A stretch of DNA of 64,000 nucleotides, from the NCBI GenBank assembly GCA_025454795.1, contig JALONT010000001.1:64947-128946 (forward strand), read 5' to 3'. Under the pieces are notes generated by a model. The model was given only the letters and a program-made list of their open reading frames with translations, was not told where the DNA came from and did no database searches. The DNA is from Bacteroidales bacterium (GTDB taxonomy: Bacteria > Bacteroidota > Bacteroidia > Bacteroidales > VadinHA17). Below are positions 37,314-47,714 of the stretch, piece after piece. A program made the position numbers and the translations under genes. The first letter of the stretch is position 1. Every line of letters starts with the position of its first letter.

Positions 37314-39932
37314 TTATTTTCTGAAAATTTTCATGACCGGACTCTCTTTTTTTTCTGCCGGAGGCTCTGGCACAACGTTGGTGCTATCTTCATCTCCCCA
37401 GGATATTTTAAACCTTGGAGGAGCTGTTTCAGGCTTTTTATTTATTGAGGAGTCGTTTTTAAACCAGCCATATTCCTGGTTAAGAATATTCTTAAGGGAT
37501 TGCCTTTCATTCTTTATGTCATTTTTGATCTGACTTCCTGCCGCTTTCACATCATACGTTACCTTAACAACTTCTCCTTTACCGGCAATTTTAAGAAGAA
37601 GGGAGGTACGACCCAGACCGTCATCTTTAATTGCCCCGAATTCTGTGGTATTTGGTTTAGGCTTTCTGATTTTTTTACTAAGGATTTCTGATAAAAGTAC
37701 ATTAACATGATATTCATAATCATTGTCAAAGCTATGTTTCCCGTTGACTGTGAGATCGGCAGCTGATGATTTCACATCCATCAGTGGCATGTAAAAAAAG
37801 TTATTCCGGATGAAGAAATCATTCTCCAGCCGGTCAAAACTGATATTCTCAAGCTCGGAAATCTCAATAAATGATGAGAGTTCCTTAACGGGGCCAAAAT
37901 CCAGGAGACTTCCTTTTACTAGAGCATACTTTCCTTCTGCTGTAATCGATTTTATGACCGGGTTCAGCAGAGAATCCATAGGAATCAGAAACGAGAGTGA
38001 CCCGGAAAGGAGCCCGGCAAGATTCTCTGCCTTAATGAAATCCTGTCCGAAATTCCTGAATGAAATAAATGCCTTGTTTACATCTATATTTTCGAGATTA
38101 AGGCTGCCACGGCCGATAAATGACCTGTCCCTGTTTTGAACCACGAAACCATTCCCTGAGATGAAGCCTTCCATTGAATTTAAATTCAAGGTTTTAAAAT
38201 TCAGAATCCGTGGTTTGTAACTAAGATTCCCGGTTATATTTTGAGCATGGTAAGATTTATAGATAAAGTCACCGATTTTAAAATCGAGATCAAGAACTAC
38301 ATCTCCAGGTAAAGAGTATTCCTTTTTACCTGACGAAGAAGTATCAGAGGAAGATAATCCCGGGAAGATTAATTCCGGGTTCAGCCTGTTACATGAAACG
38401 GAAGCTGTGGCTGAAAGCACGACAGCTTTTCCCGATAACCACCCGGGCAGATTATAAAAACGGCCATCCAGATCAAAAGCATGGTCCCTGAAGGTGAATT
38501 TCAGATCTCTGGCTGTCACGGTATCTGAAAGGAAAAGATCCCCGGCTACATGGTTAATCAGGATTCTGTCTTTTCGAAGTCCGATTCCGAAAGAATAAAA
38601 TTTCAGAGAAGCATCCGGGTTAAGTTCAAAAAAATCATTAAGGGAATAATGTTCTTTCCCTGGAATATAGCCGGACAATTTAAGTTCAATATCAATTGCT
38701 CCTTCCGTTGATGAGATATTATTCAGACTAAAAAAATCTTTCAGTTCAGCAGGGATTATCCTCCCTTTTAACTGGAGGGCACCGCGTAAATTATCAAAAT
38801 CCGAAAGTGTAAGAGATCCTGAATAGTTGGCTGACCCTAGTGAGCCGGTATATTCATTTAGTGTCAGCACGCTGGTTCGGGGCACCATTTTCGCACCATT
38901 TGTAAAGAATCCTTTTATGGAAAGATCTTTCACGTTAAGAGCTGAATTTGCATATGTGACAGCCCCTCTATTCAGGTCAAAGCTGATAATGACCTTTGGA
39001 TTCAACGTTCGCGAAATAGCCCCGGTAATTTTACTTTCGACATTTAGAATTCCGGATGGATTATAGGCTGAAATACTTTTCAGATATTTTTCGGGGAAAT
39101 AATTTTTAATTCCTGAGATGTTTATGTTCTTCCCTGACAATGCCAGATCAAGTACATCATCAGAAGAAACGGAACCGGTCAATGCAAAGCTGTTATTATC
39201 AAATGAAAGAGAGCTTTTATCAAACATGACACCTTCTTTGGAACTACGCAGATTAATGTCGAATTCTGCTCCTATATTCTTTGCAATGGAGAAGTTAAAG
39301 AGCCTGAAAAGCACAACAGTCGCTATTCCTGTTGCATTAAAGTCAATCTTATCTTCATATATCCTGCTCTTCAAACGACCCTCTTCAACCAATCCTTCAG
39401 TTATCAGTTTGGTTGCCTGGTTATTGTAGTATATTCTGATATCTGAAATATTTATCCTGTCGAGATTTATTATGAAATCACTGTCTCCCGTTTCTGAGTT
39501 TTCAACTTCAATGTCATAATTTACATTTCCTGATGTATCAGAGTAGAGATTTAGGTATCCCTTCTTAACACCAATACGGTCAATGTTATATATACCATTA
39601 ATGATATCTGAAATACTAAACTCTGCTGATACTGCTTCTGCTGAAAGAAGAATATCGGTATCAATACCATTAAAACACGTCCTGTCAAAACCAGGAGATG
39701 AATGTACCACAACATTTTTAAGATCTAATGAAGCCTTTGGGAACCTCCTGAGGAAAGATAGTTTAACCGTCCCTATATCAAATTTTGTAGAGATGTTTCT
39801 ACTGAGAGATTTAAGTATTATTCCTGCCACCTTATCCTGCATAAGGAAAGAAGCAGAAAACAGGGTAACAGTAACTGCAATTATTAAAAGTGAAAATATC
39901 TTAAGTATCCTGTAGAATAGTTTCATATACAA
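37314..39932 (-). CDS. AsmA family / AsmA-like large envelope protein
   Basis: 872 aa. Single N-terminal TM followed by KSLSRNISTKFDIGTVKLSFLRRFPKASLDLKNVVV, as in AsmA N-termini. The rest is a long sequence that looks beta-strand-rich. Confidence 0.6.
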   Translation of the reverse strand: MYMKLFYRILKIFSLLIIAVTVTLFSASFLMQDKVAGIILKSLSRNISTKFDIGTVKLSFLRRFPKASLDLKNVVVHSSPGFDRTCFNGIDTDILLSAEAVSAEFSISDIINGIYNIDRIGVKKGYLNLYSDTSGNVNYDIEVENSETGDSDFIINLDRINISDIRIYYNNQATKLITEGLVEEGRLKSRIYEDKIDFNATGIATVVLFRLFNFSIAKNIGAEFDINLRSSKEGVMFDKSSLSFDNNSFALTGSVSSDDVLDLALSGKNINISGIKNYFPEKYLKSISAYNPSGILNVESKITGAISRTLNPKVIISFDLNRGAVTYANSALNVKDLSIKGFFTNGAKMVPRTSVLTLNEYTGSLGSANYSGSLTLSDFDNLRGALQLKGRIIPAELKDFFSLNNISSTEGAIDIELKLSGYIPGKEHYSLNDFFELNPDASLKFYSFGIGLRKDRILINHVAGDLFLSDTVTARDLKFTFRDHAFDLDGRFYNLPGWLSGKAVVLSATASVSCNRLNPELIFPGLSSSDTSSSGKKEYSLPGDVVLDLDFKIGDFIYKSYHAQNITGNLSYKPRILNFKTLNLNSMEGFISGNGFVVQNRDRSFIGRGSLNLENIDVNKAFISFRNFGQDFIKAENLAGLLSGSLSFLIPMDSLLNPVIKSITAEGKYALVKGSLLDFGPVKELSSFIEISELENISFDRLENDFFIRNNFFYMPLMDVKSSAADLTVNGKHSFDNDYEYHVNVLLSEILSKKIRKPKPNTTEFGAIKDDGLGRTSLLLKIAGKGEVVKVTYDVKAAGSQIKNDIKNERQSLKNILNQEYGWFKNDSSINKKPETAPPRFKISWGDEDSTNVVPEPPAEKKESPVMKIFRK

Positions 39933-40003
39933 ACAGAACTTCTTTATACCGCCGGATAACGGCAGGTAAAGGTAATTTATTTGAATGAATCCGGAATTCC
40001 CTG

Positions 40004-40717
40004 TTAAAGAAGAAAGGAAAGATCGTCATCTTTTCCGAGTTCTGAAGGCTCTTTTCCTTTTTTGAATATCCTGGCTTTTCGCGGACCGGCAAGGTTTATT
40101 TTATTGTTTTCAATTGTCAGGAGAGTCCCCTCACGCAGACCAACAACATATATCCCTGGATTAACTTCAATAAATTCTTCAATACGTTGTTCCCGTGTTT
40201 CTCCGGCATGCCCTGCAGGGTTGGCATCCAGATAATGCGGATTTATCTGGAATGGAATTAACCGGAATGCTTTAAATGACTCAGGCTCAACAACAGGCAT
40301 ATCATTGGTTGTCATGATAGTCGGACAGGCAACATTTGATCCCGCACTCCAGCCTATATAAGGTGTTCCGCTTATAACTTTTTGCCTTACAGCTTCTATC
40401 AGGTTGTTATCCAATAAGGTTTTCAGAAGTTTCCAGGTATTTCCTCCCCCGACAACTATTGCAGAGGCCTTCATTATTGCTTTTACCGGATCTGCAAAGT
40501 GGTGAATTGATACAATTTCATGTCCCACTTCACGGAATCTTTCAGAAACCTTTTCTTCATAAGCATCATAAGAAAACGTAACTGCAGCATAAGGGAGAAA
40601 CAGAGCTTTAACAGGTTCTTTTCCAAGAAATTCCCTGATATACTCTTTCGGATATCCAAGATATGGTTCTCCGGGATTTGTTGAATTGCTGATAAGTAAT
40701 AATCTCATTATTTTCAT
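40004..40717 (-). CDS. pepE: dipeptidase E (S51 peptidase)
   Basis: 237 aa. LLLISNS, VGGGNTW, and GWSAGSNV (nucleophile Ser). Confidence 0.85.
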   Translation of the reverse strand: MKIMRLLLISNSTNPGEPYLGYPKEYIREFLGKEPVKALFLPYAAVTFSYDAYEEKVSERFREVGHEIVSIHHFADPVKAIMKASAIVVGGGNTWKLLKTLLDNNLIEAVRQKVISGTPYIGWSAGSNVACPTIMTTNDMPVVEPESFKAFRLIPFQINPHYLDANPAGHAGETREQRIEEFIEVNPGIYVVGLREGTLLTIENNKINLAGPRKARIFKKGKEPSELGKDDDLSFLL

Positions 40718-41505
40718 TCTATTTTCTTTTCGTTATATCCACTTAATTCCCTGATGTTATGATTTTCAGGAATATTCTTTACGGTGATCAAATGAAAAGA
40801 ATAGTTTAGAATATTGAACAACAGCACTTTACCGTTTAAAATATTGCCAATGCCGGTTATGATTTTAATTACTTCGTTTGCCATGAAAGACCCGGTAATT
40901 CCCGGCAAAACACCAAGCAAACCAGCTTCACCCGGGGAAGGGTTTTTAAAATCAGTATCATCAACATACGGATTGTAACATCTGTAGGTAGGTCCCTCCC
41001 TGTAATTGAAAACAGAGACCTGGCCTTCAAATTTATAAATAGCTCCGTGAACCATGGGTTTATTAAGAATGACACAGGTATCATTAATAATATATCTGGT
41101 TTCAAGATTATCAGTAGCATCAACAACAACATCGAAATCCTTTAGGATACGGAATGAATTGCCTGCGTCAATTCTGAGGTTGAATATCTCAAATTCAATA
41201 AGTGAATTAAGAGCCTCAAGCCGTTTTTTTGCAATTACAGATTTAAGTTTCCCCACATCATCCGAACCATATAAAATCTGACGCTGGAGGTTAGCTTCAC
41301 TAACCATGTCAAATTCGGCAAAAGCAACTTTTCCGACTCCGGCAGCTGCCACATACTGTAATACAGGGCATCCAAGGCCGCCTGCACCAATGACCAGCAC
41401 CTTTGATTTTTTAAGCTTCTCCTGTCCCTCAATTCCAAATTCCGGGATCATGATCTGCCTGCTGTATCTCTTTAACTCACGCTGGGATAATATGTCGCCT
41501 CCCAT
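40714..41505 (-). CDS. ThiF/MoeB/HesA family E1-like adenylyltransferase
   Basis: 263 aa. RYSRQI...VLVIGAGGLGCPVLQYVAAAGVG nucleotide-binding motif. No C-terminal rhodanese domain. Confidence 0.8.
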   Translation of the reverse strand: MGGDILSQRELKRYSRQIMIPEFGIEGQEKLKKSKVLVIGAGGLGCPVLQYVAAAGVGKVAFAEFDMVSEANLQRQILYGSDDVGKLKSVIAKKRLEALNSLIEFEIFNLRIDAGNSFRILKDFDVVVDATDNLETRYIINDTCVILNKPMVHGAIYKFEGQVSVFNYREGPTYRCYNPYVDDTDFKNPSPGEAGLLGVLPGITGSFMANEVIKIITGIGNILNGKVLLFNILNYSFHLITVKNIPENHNIRELSGYNEKKIE

Positions 41506-41668
41506 TATAAAAGGTTATCGATGATTATTGCAAATATACGTCGAAGAGAATAGGAAACAAAAAGATAACACCCGGGAACTGGCTATTATAACTATTTACA
41601 GGCGACTAATTAAAAAGTACAGACGCACAAATTGTACCTCTATACTATAAAAAAAAATAAGAGATCAG

Positions 41669-43081
41669 TTATTTCTTTGGCTGATACACCCTTACCCAGT
41701 CGATCTCCATGGCAGTCATGCTGTTAACCGGTTTGTCCAAACCACCTGAGAAGTTGATGAACATAGGTTCCTGGGGAACATCTGCGGTTTGTGTCATGAC
41801 TTCCAGATCATTTATTTTCCAGACAAGTTTCTCGGGAGTCCATTCCAGGGTAAAAATAAAGAAGTCGTTTGCATATTTGCTTCCAAGAGAAGCTTTAACT
41901 CTTTTTTCCGGGGTTGCAAAATAATCAAAAAGAACTTTCCCGTTTGATGTACGGCATACATCAATATGCGGAGTGATCTTATCGGAAAGCATCCAGAAAG
42001 CAGATTTTGCAGCCGGATTTCCAAGCTTGATCTTTGCCTTGAATGTACCGTATTTCTGACGGAAACTTTTTCCGGTATTTAATATCCCGGAAGTAAAGGC
42101 AAATTGTTTTGTTATAAATCCGTCGGGACTCCAGACTTTCCCTTCAGTTTTCTGAGGTTTGGTAATGATCTTTAGAAGACTGTTACGGATCTCAAAATTT
42201 TCTTTTTCAGTATATGCCTGAAGATCAGAACCAACGGAATACCTGTCCTTCAGAAGTTTGTCACCCCAGTAATAATTTGTCAGCCAGGTTTTCGGATCAA
42301 GCTTATCACCTTCAAACTCATCGCTGAATGTCAATTCCCGGTTTTTAAGAATATCGAATTTATTTGAATCTTTAGTCTTGAAATACCAAAGGATATCTTC
42401 ATTTTTTTTGAGCTTGTCGAACTCCTGTACTTCTTTAAACATGTCAGTTTTTTCAAATCTTTTCTTGTCGAGAAGATAGCTCTTCCTTTCCTTGAATCCG
42501 TTGGATGCCACATATTCCTTGAGCTCATTATACCTGGCAAGTCTTGTGGATCCGTCAGTATTCAGGAAGTTGGCGTACTCCTTCGATTTTTTAAATATAT
42601 AATAATCCTTTATTTCAGAGCTCCCCTTAAGGCGGTTGAATTCCTGAAGCTTTTTGCTATCATCAGAATCTCTGAATTCTTTGGTTTTTATTTTTTCTTT
42701 AAATTCAAGCGACTTTACCAGTTTTTCAAGTGATTCATAATCGGAAATTTTTTCAGAACCATCAAGCCCCTGAAATTTTTTCAGGGATGACCCGGCAATA
42801 GTTCTGAAATAGAGGACAATATCTTTTGCTTTTTGAAGCGAAAGAAATTCTTTTTCTTTTGCAAATTCTTCAGAATTTTTAAAACTCAGCGATTCAATCT
42901 CTTTTCTTTTCTGAAGAAAGTCAGATGAGGTAATTAATTCTTTCAGCTCATTGAATCTTTTCAATGTGTCAGATTCTGTAAAAGCATTAAGCTTGTTGAA
43001 ATCTGCTGTCAAAGTCTTTTCTTCCAGTTCAATTTTAGCTGTCGGGGGAATTAATCCAAGTAAAAGCTTGAGACTTGCCAT
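41669..43081 (-). CDS. GH16-fold (concanavalin-like) domain protein lacking the catalytic ExDxxE, with an N-terminal triple repeat
   Basis: 470 aa. The C-terminal ~215 aa carry FSDEFEGDKLDPKTW, YGTFKAKIKL, SAFWMLS and IDWVRVYQ. The N-terminal ~250 aa are K/E-rich and form three ~70-80 aa repeats. No signal peptide. Confidence 0.6.
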   Translation of the reverse strand: MASLKLLLGLIPPTAKIELEEKTLTADFNKLNAFTESDTLKRFNELKELITSSDFLQKRKEIESLSFKNSEEFAKEKEFLSLQKAKDIVLYFRTIAGSSLKKFQGLDGSEKISDYESLEKLVKSLEFKEKIKTKEFRDSDDSKKLQEFNRLKGSSEIKDYYIFKKSKEYANFLNTDGSTRLARYNELKEYVASNGFKERKSYLLDKKRFEKTDMFKEVQEFDKLKKNEDILWYFKTKDSNKFDILKNRELTFSDEFEGDKLDPKTWLTNYYWGDKLLKDRYSVGSDLQAYTEKENFEIRNSLLKIITKPQKTEGKVWSPDGFITKQFAFTSGILNTGKSFRQKYGTFKAKIKLGNPAAKSAFWMLSDKITPHIDVCRTSNGKVLFDYFATPEKRVKASLGSKYANDFFIFTLEWTPEKLVWKINDLEVMTQTADVPQEPMFINFSGGLDKPVNSMTAMEIDWVRVYQPKK

Positions 43082-43288
43082 TGTGGAAATGTTTTAAGTA
43101 TAACTGATAAAGATAAGTAATCTTTTCTTAATATGTGAAAGCCATTTTTCAAATATTTCAAATTTAAAGAAGTCATGCAGCCGGTCTGAAGCAAAAAATA
43201 AATTAATTTAGAGTCATAATTTGCAGTATCCCTGATTCAGAAAGCAGGTAAAAGATATTGTTAAAGAACACATAAAGGCATTAAATTT

Positions 43289-44044
43289 ATGAGACCTCTG
43301 ATTATGACATTCTTGTTTGCGGTTGTAACTATCTCATCTCTTTTTTCACAGACATTATCAGCTACTGATATCGTCAGGAAAGCTGATCAGAAATTCAAAG
43401 GCGAAATGACAGGTTATAGTATTATGTCAATGACCATTGTCAGGCCAACCTGGGAAAGAACCGTCGAATTTAAATCCTGGGCTAAAGAAGATGACTTTGC
43501 GCTGACCCTTATCACTGCACCTGCACGGGAAAAAGGGCAGACTTTCCTGAAGCGTAAAAACGAAATGTGGAGCTGGAATCCTGCGATCAACAGACTTATT
43601 AAGCTGCCCCCGTCAATGATGTCGCAGGGATGGATGGGATCTGACTACACAAATGATGACATTCTCAGGGAATCCTCGGTGGTTGATGATTATACTCATA
43701 TCCTGGAAGCTGAAGAGACAATTAATGGGGATACTTGCTATAAGATAAAACTTTTGGCAAAAGATGAAGCAGATATTCTTTGGGGATCCCAGATCTGGTG
43801 GGTGGATAAAAAGGAATTTATAGCACTGAAAGCAGAGCTTTATGATGAGGACGGGTACCTTGTCAGGACTGAAACTGCTTCCGATCTCAAAATTATGGAC
43901 GGTAGACTTCTTCCTGTTTATCTTGAGATTGTACCGGCAGATGATATAGGACAAAAAACAATTCTGAGAATTCTTGAAATGAAATTCAATATAAAAATGG
44001 AAGAGAGCTTTTTCTCACAACAAAATATGAAAACTATTAGATGA
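43289..44044 (+). CDS. LolA-like outer-membrane lipoprotein-sorting family protein (secreted)
   Basis: 251 aa with a signal peptide. MSMTIVRPTWERT...TFLKRKNEMWSWNPAINRLIKLPPSMMSQGWMGSDYTNDD resembles the LolA_like family that accompanies FtsX/MacB-type transporters. Confidence 0.7.
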   Translation: MRPLIMTFLFAVVTISSLFSQTLSATDIVRKADQKFKGEMTGYSIMSMTIVRPTWERTVEFKSWAKEDDFALTLITAPAREKGQTFLKRKNEMWSWNPAINRLIKLPPSMMSQGWMGSDYTNDDILRESSVVDDYTHILEAEETINGDTCYKIKLLAKDEADILWGSQIWWVDKKEFIALKAELYDEDGYLVRTETASDLKIMDGRLLPVYLEIVPADDIGQKTILRILEMKFNIKMEESFFSQQNMKTIR

Positions 44045-44129
44045 ACCGGCATCCGGCGTACGGTGACCGGCAATCTAAACCTGGAACATGAAACCTGGAA
44101 CATAAACTAACAATTTCAATTCCACGAAA

Positions 44130-45545
44130 ATGAAAGATTATCAGCTGGCATGGAAAAACCTCTGGCGTAATAAAAGAAGAACCCTGATCACGGCAGCCTC
44201 GGTATTTTTTGCAGTATTCTTTGCCCTTGTCATGCGCTCATTCCAGCTTGGCACATATGATTCTATGTATAAAAACGTGATTGAGTCATACACAGGCTAT
44301 ATCCAGATACAGCACCAGGATTATGCAGAGGAACCTATACTGGACAACAGCTTTGAGGCAGATCCTGAAATGATGAAAAAAGTTAAGTCTGATCCGAATG
44401 TTAAAGATGTTGTTCCGCGACTGGAATCCTATACGCTTGCTGCTTCAGGAAGCCGCACACAGGGGGTTATGATGCTGGGCGTCGATCCTGAGAAGGAAGA
44501 AAATCTTTCCGGCATGAGAGACAGGCTCGTAAAGTTTAAACTTACTGAAGATGCCATTGAAGCTCTTAAATCCACTGACCTTCCTGACCGAACCCTAAGG
44601 CTTCTCGATCTTTTCAGGAATGAAGCCTATTCAAGCACCGGAAGGATGATGCTCGATCTTGGAATTTCGACGGAAGATTCTACTGTAGTATTACCCGTTC
44701 TTAGGAGGAATGCTTCATTCACGAACAAATATTTCTCAGGATCTTCTGACGGGGAAGTGCTTATAGGTTCAGGTCTTTCAGATTTTCTTAAGATAAATGT
44801 TGGCGATACCCTGATACTTATGGGACAGGGTTACCATGGTACATCTGCAGCCGGCAATTTTATTGTGGCAGGAATCATTAAGCTTCCGTCCCCGGACATT
44901 GATAAAAGAATAGTTTACATGCCTCTTGAGACCGCAAGAGAACTGTACGCAGCCCCGGGACTTGCAACTTCAGCAGTGTTGAGCCTTAAGGATTTTGACG
45001 ACAAGTCTATTGATAAAACAGCCGTGAGACTGAAAACCTTCGTGGCAGACCCTCTGGCAGTAAAAACATGGAGGGAGCTGAATGCCCTGCTTCTAAACCA
45101 GATGGAGGCCGACAACAGGAGCGGAATGATAATGATCGGGATCCTTTACCTGGTAATTGCCTTCGGTGTTTTCGGCACCGTGCTGATGATGATGGCAGAA
45201 CGCAGACGCGAGTTCGGGATGCTTGTTTCGGTTGGTATGCAAAAAAGTAAACTGGCTAAGGTTGTTACTATTGAAATGTTTTTAATGGGATTGCTGGGTG
45301 TCATTTCCGGTATTATTGCTTCTCTTCCACTGGTTTATTACGGACATTTCAGGCCCTTGAGGTTCACAGGTGAATATGCCCGGATGTATGAAGATTACGG
45401 TATGGAACCTGTAATGCCAACCCTGCTTCCGGATACATATTACCTGTGGCAGACTGTGGTTGTAATGATTATTATTTCAATCGCTATAATATTCAGTGTC
45501 AGAAAGATCTTCAGGATTGACCTAATCAGCTCATTAAAAGCTTAA
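44130..45545 (+). CDS. ABC transporter permease, FtsX/MacB-like
   Basis: 471 aa. AWKNLWRNKRRTLIT N-terminus, a large extracytoplasmic loop, and a C-terminal 3-TM FtsX domain. Confidence 0.85.
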   Translation: MKDYQLAWKNLWRNKRRTLITAASVFFAVFFALVMRSFQLGTYDSMYKNVIESYTGYIQIQHQDYAEEPILDNSFEADPEMMKKVKSDPNVKDVVPRLESYTLAASGSRTQGVMMLGVDPEKEENLSGMRDRLVKFKLTEDAIEALKSTDLPDRTLRLLDLFRNEAYSSTGRMMLDLGISTEDSTVVLPVLRRNASFTNKYFSGSSDGEVLIGSGLSDFLKINVGDTLILMGQGYHGTSAAGNFIVAGIIKLPSPDIDKRIVYMPLETARELYAAPGLATSAVLSLKDFDDKSIDKTAVRLKTFVADPLAVKTWRELNALLLNQMEADNRSGMIMIGILYLVIAFGVFGTVLMMMAERRREFGMLVSVGMQKSKLAKVVTIEMFLMGLLGVISGIIASLPLVYYGHFRPLRFTGEYARMYEDYGMEPVMPTLLPDTYYLWQTVVVMIIISIAIIFSVRKIFRIDLISSLKA

Positions 45546-45557
45546 AATATTTACAAA

Positions 45558-46985
45558 ATGATAATACAGATAGCCTGGAAGAATATCTGGCGGAACAAGA
45601 CCAGGAGCCTGATAGTGATATCATCGGTTGCTGTCGGCGTTTTTGCCGGAGTCTTCGCAATGGCCGCAATAAACAGTTCGGTGGTTCAGCGCATTGATGC
45701 CGCAGTTAATGAAGAATTGTCGCACATCCAGGTGAATAGCAGGGAATTCAGAAGCAGCAGCGACATTCAGGACCTGATCCCTGGCTTTAATGAGGCGGAT
45801 TCTGCTTTGAAATCATTGCCGGGAGTGAAGACAACGACCGGAAGGATCATAATCAGGGGGATAGCATCGACATCGGCAAAAAGTTCAGGTGTGGAGATAA
45901 ATGGCATCGACGTGGAAAAAGAGAAAGAGATGTTCACCCTGAATAATAAAGTGATCCCCGGCACCGGATCATATTTCGGCTCAGATACAAAATTCAATTC
46001 GGTTCTTATCGGAGAAAAACTTGCAAAGGATCTTAACATAATACGCTATATTCTGACACCTGAGGCTGTTGCGCGTCTCGATTCACTGAAGATCCCTTCA
46101 CGAGTGCTTTCAAAGCTTGAGACGATATCCGGGGAGAGATTCACTTCCGACAAAAAATTCAACAGTGAACTGGAAAAACTTCTTACCTCTGACGAGACAG
46201 GGAAATACGCGATTCATATTAAAGAGGCTGCATGGTCGTACAGGGAAGGGGCGAAACTAATTCTTACATTCCTCGACATGGACAATAACCAGACCGGTGC
46301 AGGATTCCGGGTCTGCGGGATATTCAGGACAAACAACGACATGTTTGAAGGAATGTCGGTGTTTGTCCCTGCCCGAGAGCTCCGGGCTCTTACCGGCATG
46401 AAAGAAGAAACATGGCACCGCATCATAGCGAGGCTCGACAATGACGACCTGACAGATAAGATTACTGAACCGGCCCGCAAAGCACTTCCTGACCTTGAAG
46501 TCCTCAACTGGAAGGAAATCTCACCTGATCTTGCAATGATAGCCGATTTCATGGGACAAATTTATGCAGTCTTTATGGTAATCATTCTTGCCGCACTGGC
46601 TTTCGGCATTGTTAATACAATGCTTATGGCAGTTCTCGAAAGAACGAAAGAGCTGGGCATGCTTGGCGCTATTGGGATGAACAGGAAAAAGATTTTCAGC
46701 ATGATAATGTACGAATCAATATTCATGTCTGTTGTTGGAGGATTTGCAGGTATGGGCATTGCAGAAGCAGTAATTGCAGCCACGCAGAAAAACGGGATAA
46801 ACCTTATCAAATACTCCGAAGGAATGGAAGCCTTCGGGTACAGCGCTCACCTGTTCCCGACAATCGATGCCGGTTTTTTTGTATCAACGACAATCCTGAT
46901 AGTGCTGACAGGAATACTGGCATCGATATATCCGGCACGCAAGGCGCTGAAACTCAATCCTGTTGAAGCAATAAGAACAGAATGA
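45558..46985 (+). CDS. ABC transporter permease, FtsX/MacB-like (paralogue)
   Basis: 475 aa with the same architecture (AWKNIWRNKTRSLIV ... NPVEAIRTE). Confidence 0.85.
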   Translation: MIIQIAWKNIWRNKTRSLIVISSVAVGVFAGVFAMAAINSSVVQRIDAAVNEELSHIQVNSREFRSSSDIQDLIPGFNEADSALKSLPGVKTTTGRIIIRGIASTSAKSSGVEINGIDVEKEKEMFTLNNKVIPGTGSYFGSDTKFNSVLIGEKLAKDLNIIRYILTPEAVARLDSLKIPSRVLSKLETISGERFTSDKKFNSELEKLLTSDETGKYAIHIKEAAWSYREGAKLILTFLDMDNNQTGAGFRVCGIFRTNNDMFEGMSVFVPARELRALTGMKEETWHRIIARLDNDDLTDKITEPARKALPDLEVLNWKEISPDLAMIADFMGQIYAVFMVIILAALAFGIVNTMLMAVLERTKELGMLGAIGMNRKKIFSMIMYESIFMSVVGGFAGMGIAEAVIAATQKNGINLIKYSEGMEAFGYSAHLFPTIDAGFFVSTTILIVLTGILASIYPARKALKLNPVEAIRTE

Positions 46986-47013
46986 ATCTACTTTAAAATT
47001 TAATTTCCAGAAT

Positions 47014-47700
47014 ATGAAAGTAATCGAGATCAGAGACCTGCATAAAATATATAAGGCAAGCGACATCGAGGTACATGCCGTTAATTGTGTTAACCTGGAT
47101 TTCCAGGAAGCGGAATTTGCTGCTATTGTCGGACCGTCAGGCTCAGGAAAAACAACACTGCTGAACCTCCTGGGCGGACTCGATATGCCGACTTCCGGAC
47201 AGATATTGATCGACGGAACAGATCTTTCCATGCTTAAGTCTTCTGCTCTAATCGACTTCAGGATGAGAAACATAGGATTTGTGTTTCAATCATATAATCT
47301 TATCCCGGTGCTGACCGCAAAGGAAAATATCGAATTTATAATGTCGCTACAAAAGTGGATTAAAAAAGAGAGAGAAGAACGGTCATTTGAATTGCTCAAA
47401 GCAATAGGACTAAGTGACAGGACCAACAGCAGGCCCGCAAAATTGTCGGGAGGTCAGCAGCAGAGAGTGGCTGTTGCCAGGGCACTTGCTTCAAGACCTA
47501 AATTTGTGCTTGCCGATGAGCCAACTGCAAACCTCGATTCGAAATCTGCATCAACACTGCTTGAGATAATGGAAAAGCTCAATCATGAGGAGAAGATAAC
47601 ATTCATCTTTTCAACTCATGACCCCCGCGTGATGAAAATGGCCAGGAGGGTGATAACACTGGAGGATGGGAAAGTGGTCTCCGATGATGTAAGGGAATAG
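47014..47700 (+). CDS. ABC transporter ATP-binding protein (MacB/LolD-type)
   Basis: 228 aa. Walker A GPSGSGKTT, signature LSGGQQQRVAVARAL, Walker B FVLADEPT. Confidence 0.92.
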   Translation: MKVIEIRDLHKIYKASDIEVHAVNCVNLDFQEAEFAAIVGPSGSGKTTLLNLLGGLDMPTSGQILIDGTDLSMLKSSALIDFRMRNIGFVFQSYNLIPVLTAKENIEFIMSLQKWIKKEREERSFELLKAIGLSDRTNSRPAKLSGGQQQRVAVARALASRPKFVLADEPTANLDSKSASTLLEIMEKLNHEEKITFIFSTHDPRVMKMARRVITLEDGKVVSDDVRE

Positions 47701-47714
47701 AAGGGAAGATCAAT

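Noticed and set aside
46884-47273. 129-aa minus-strand ORF over the FtsX/ABC ATPase junction
   Set aside because: It is antisense to the Walker A region of a textbook ABC ATPase and has no features of its own.
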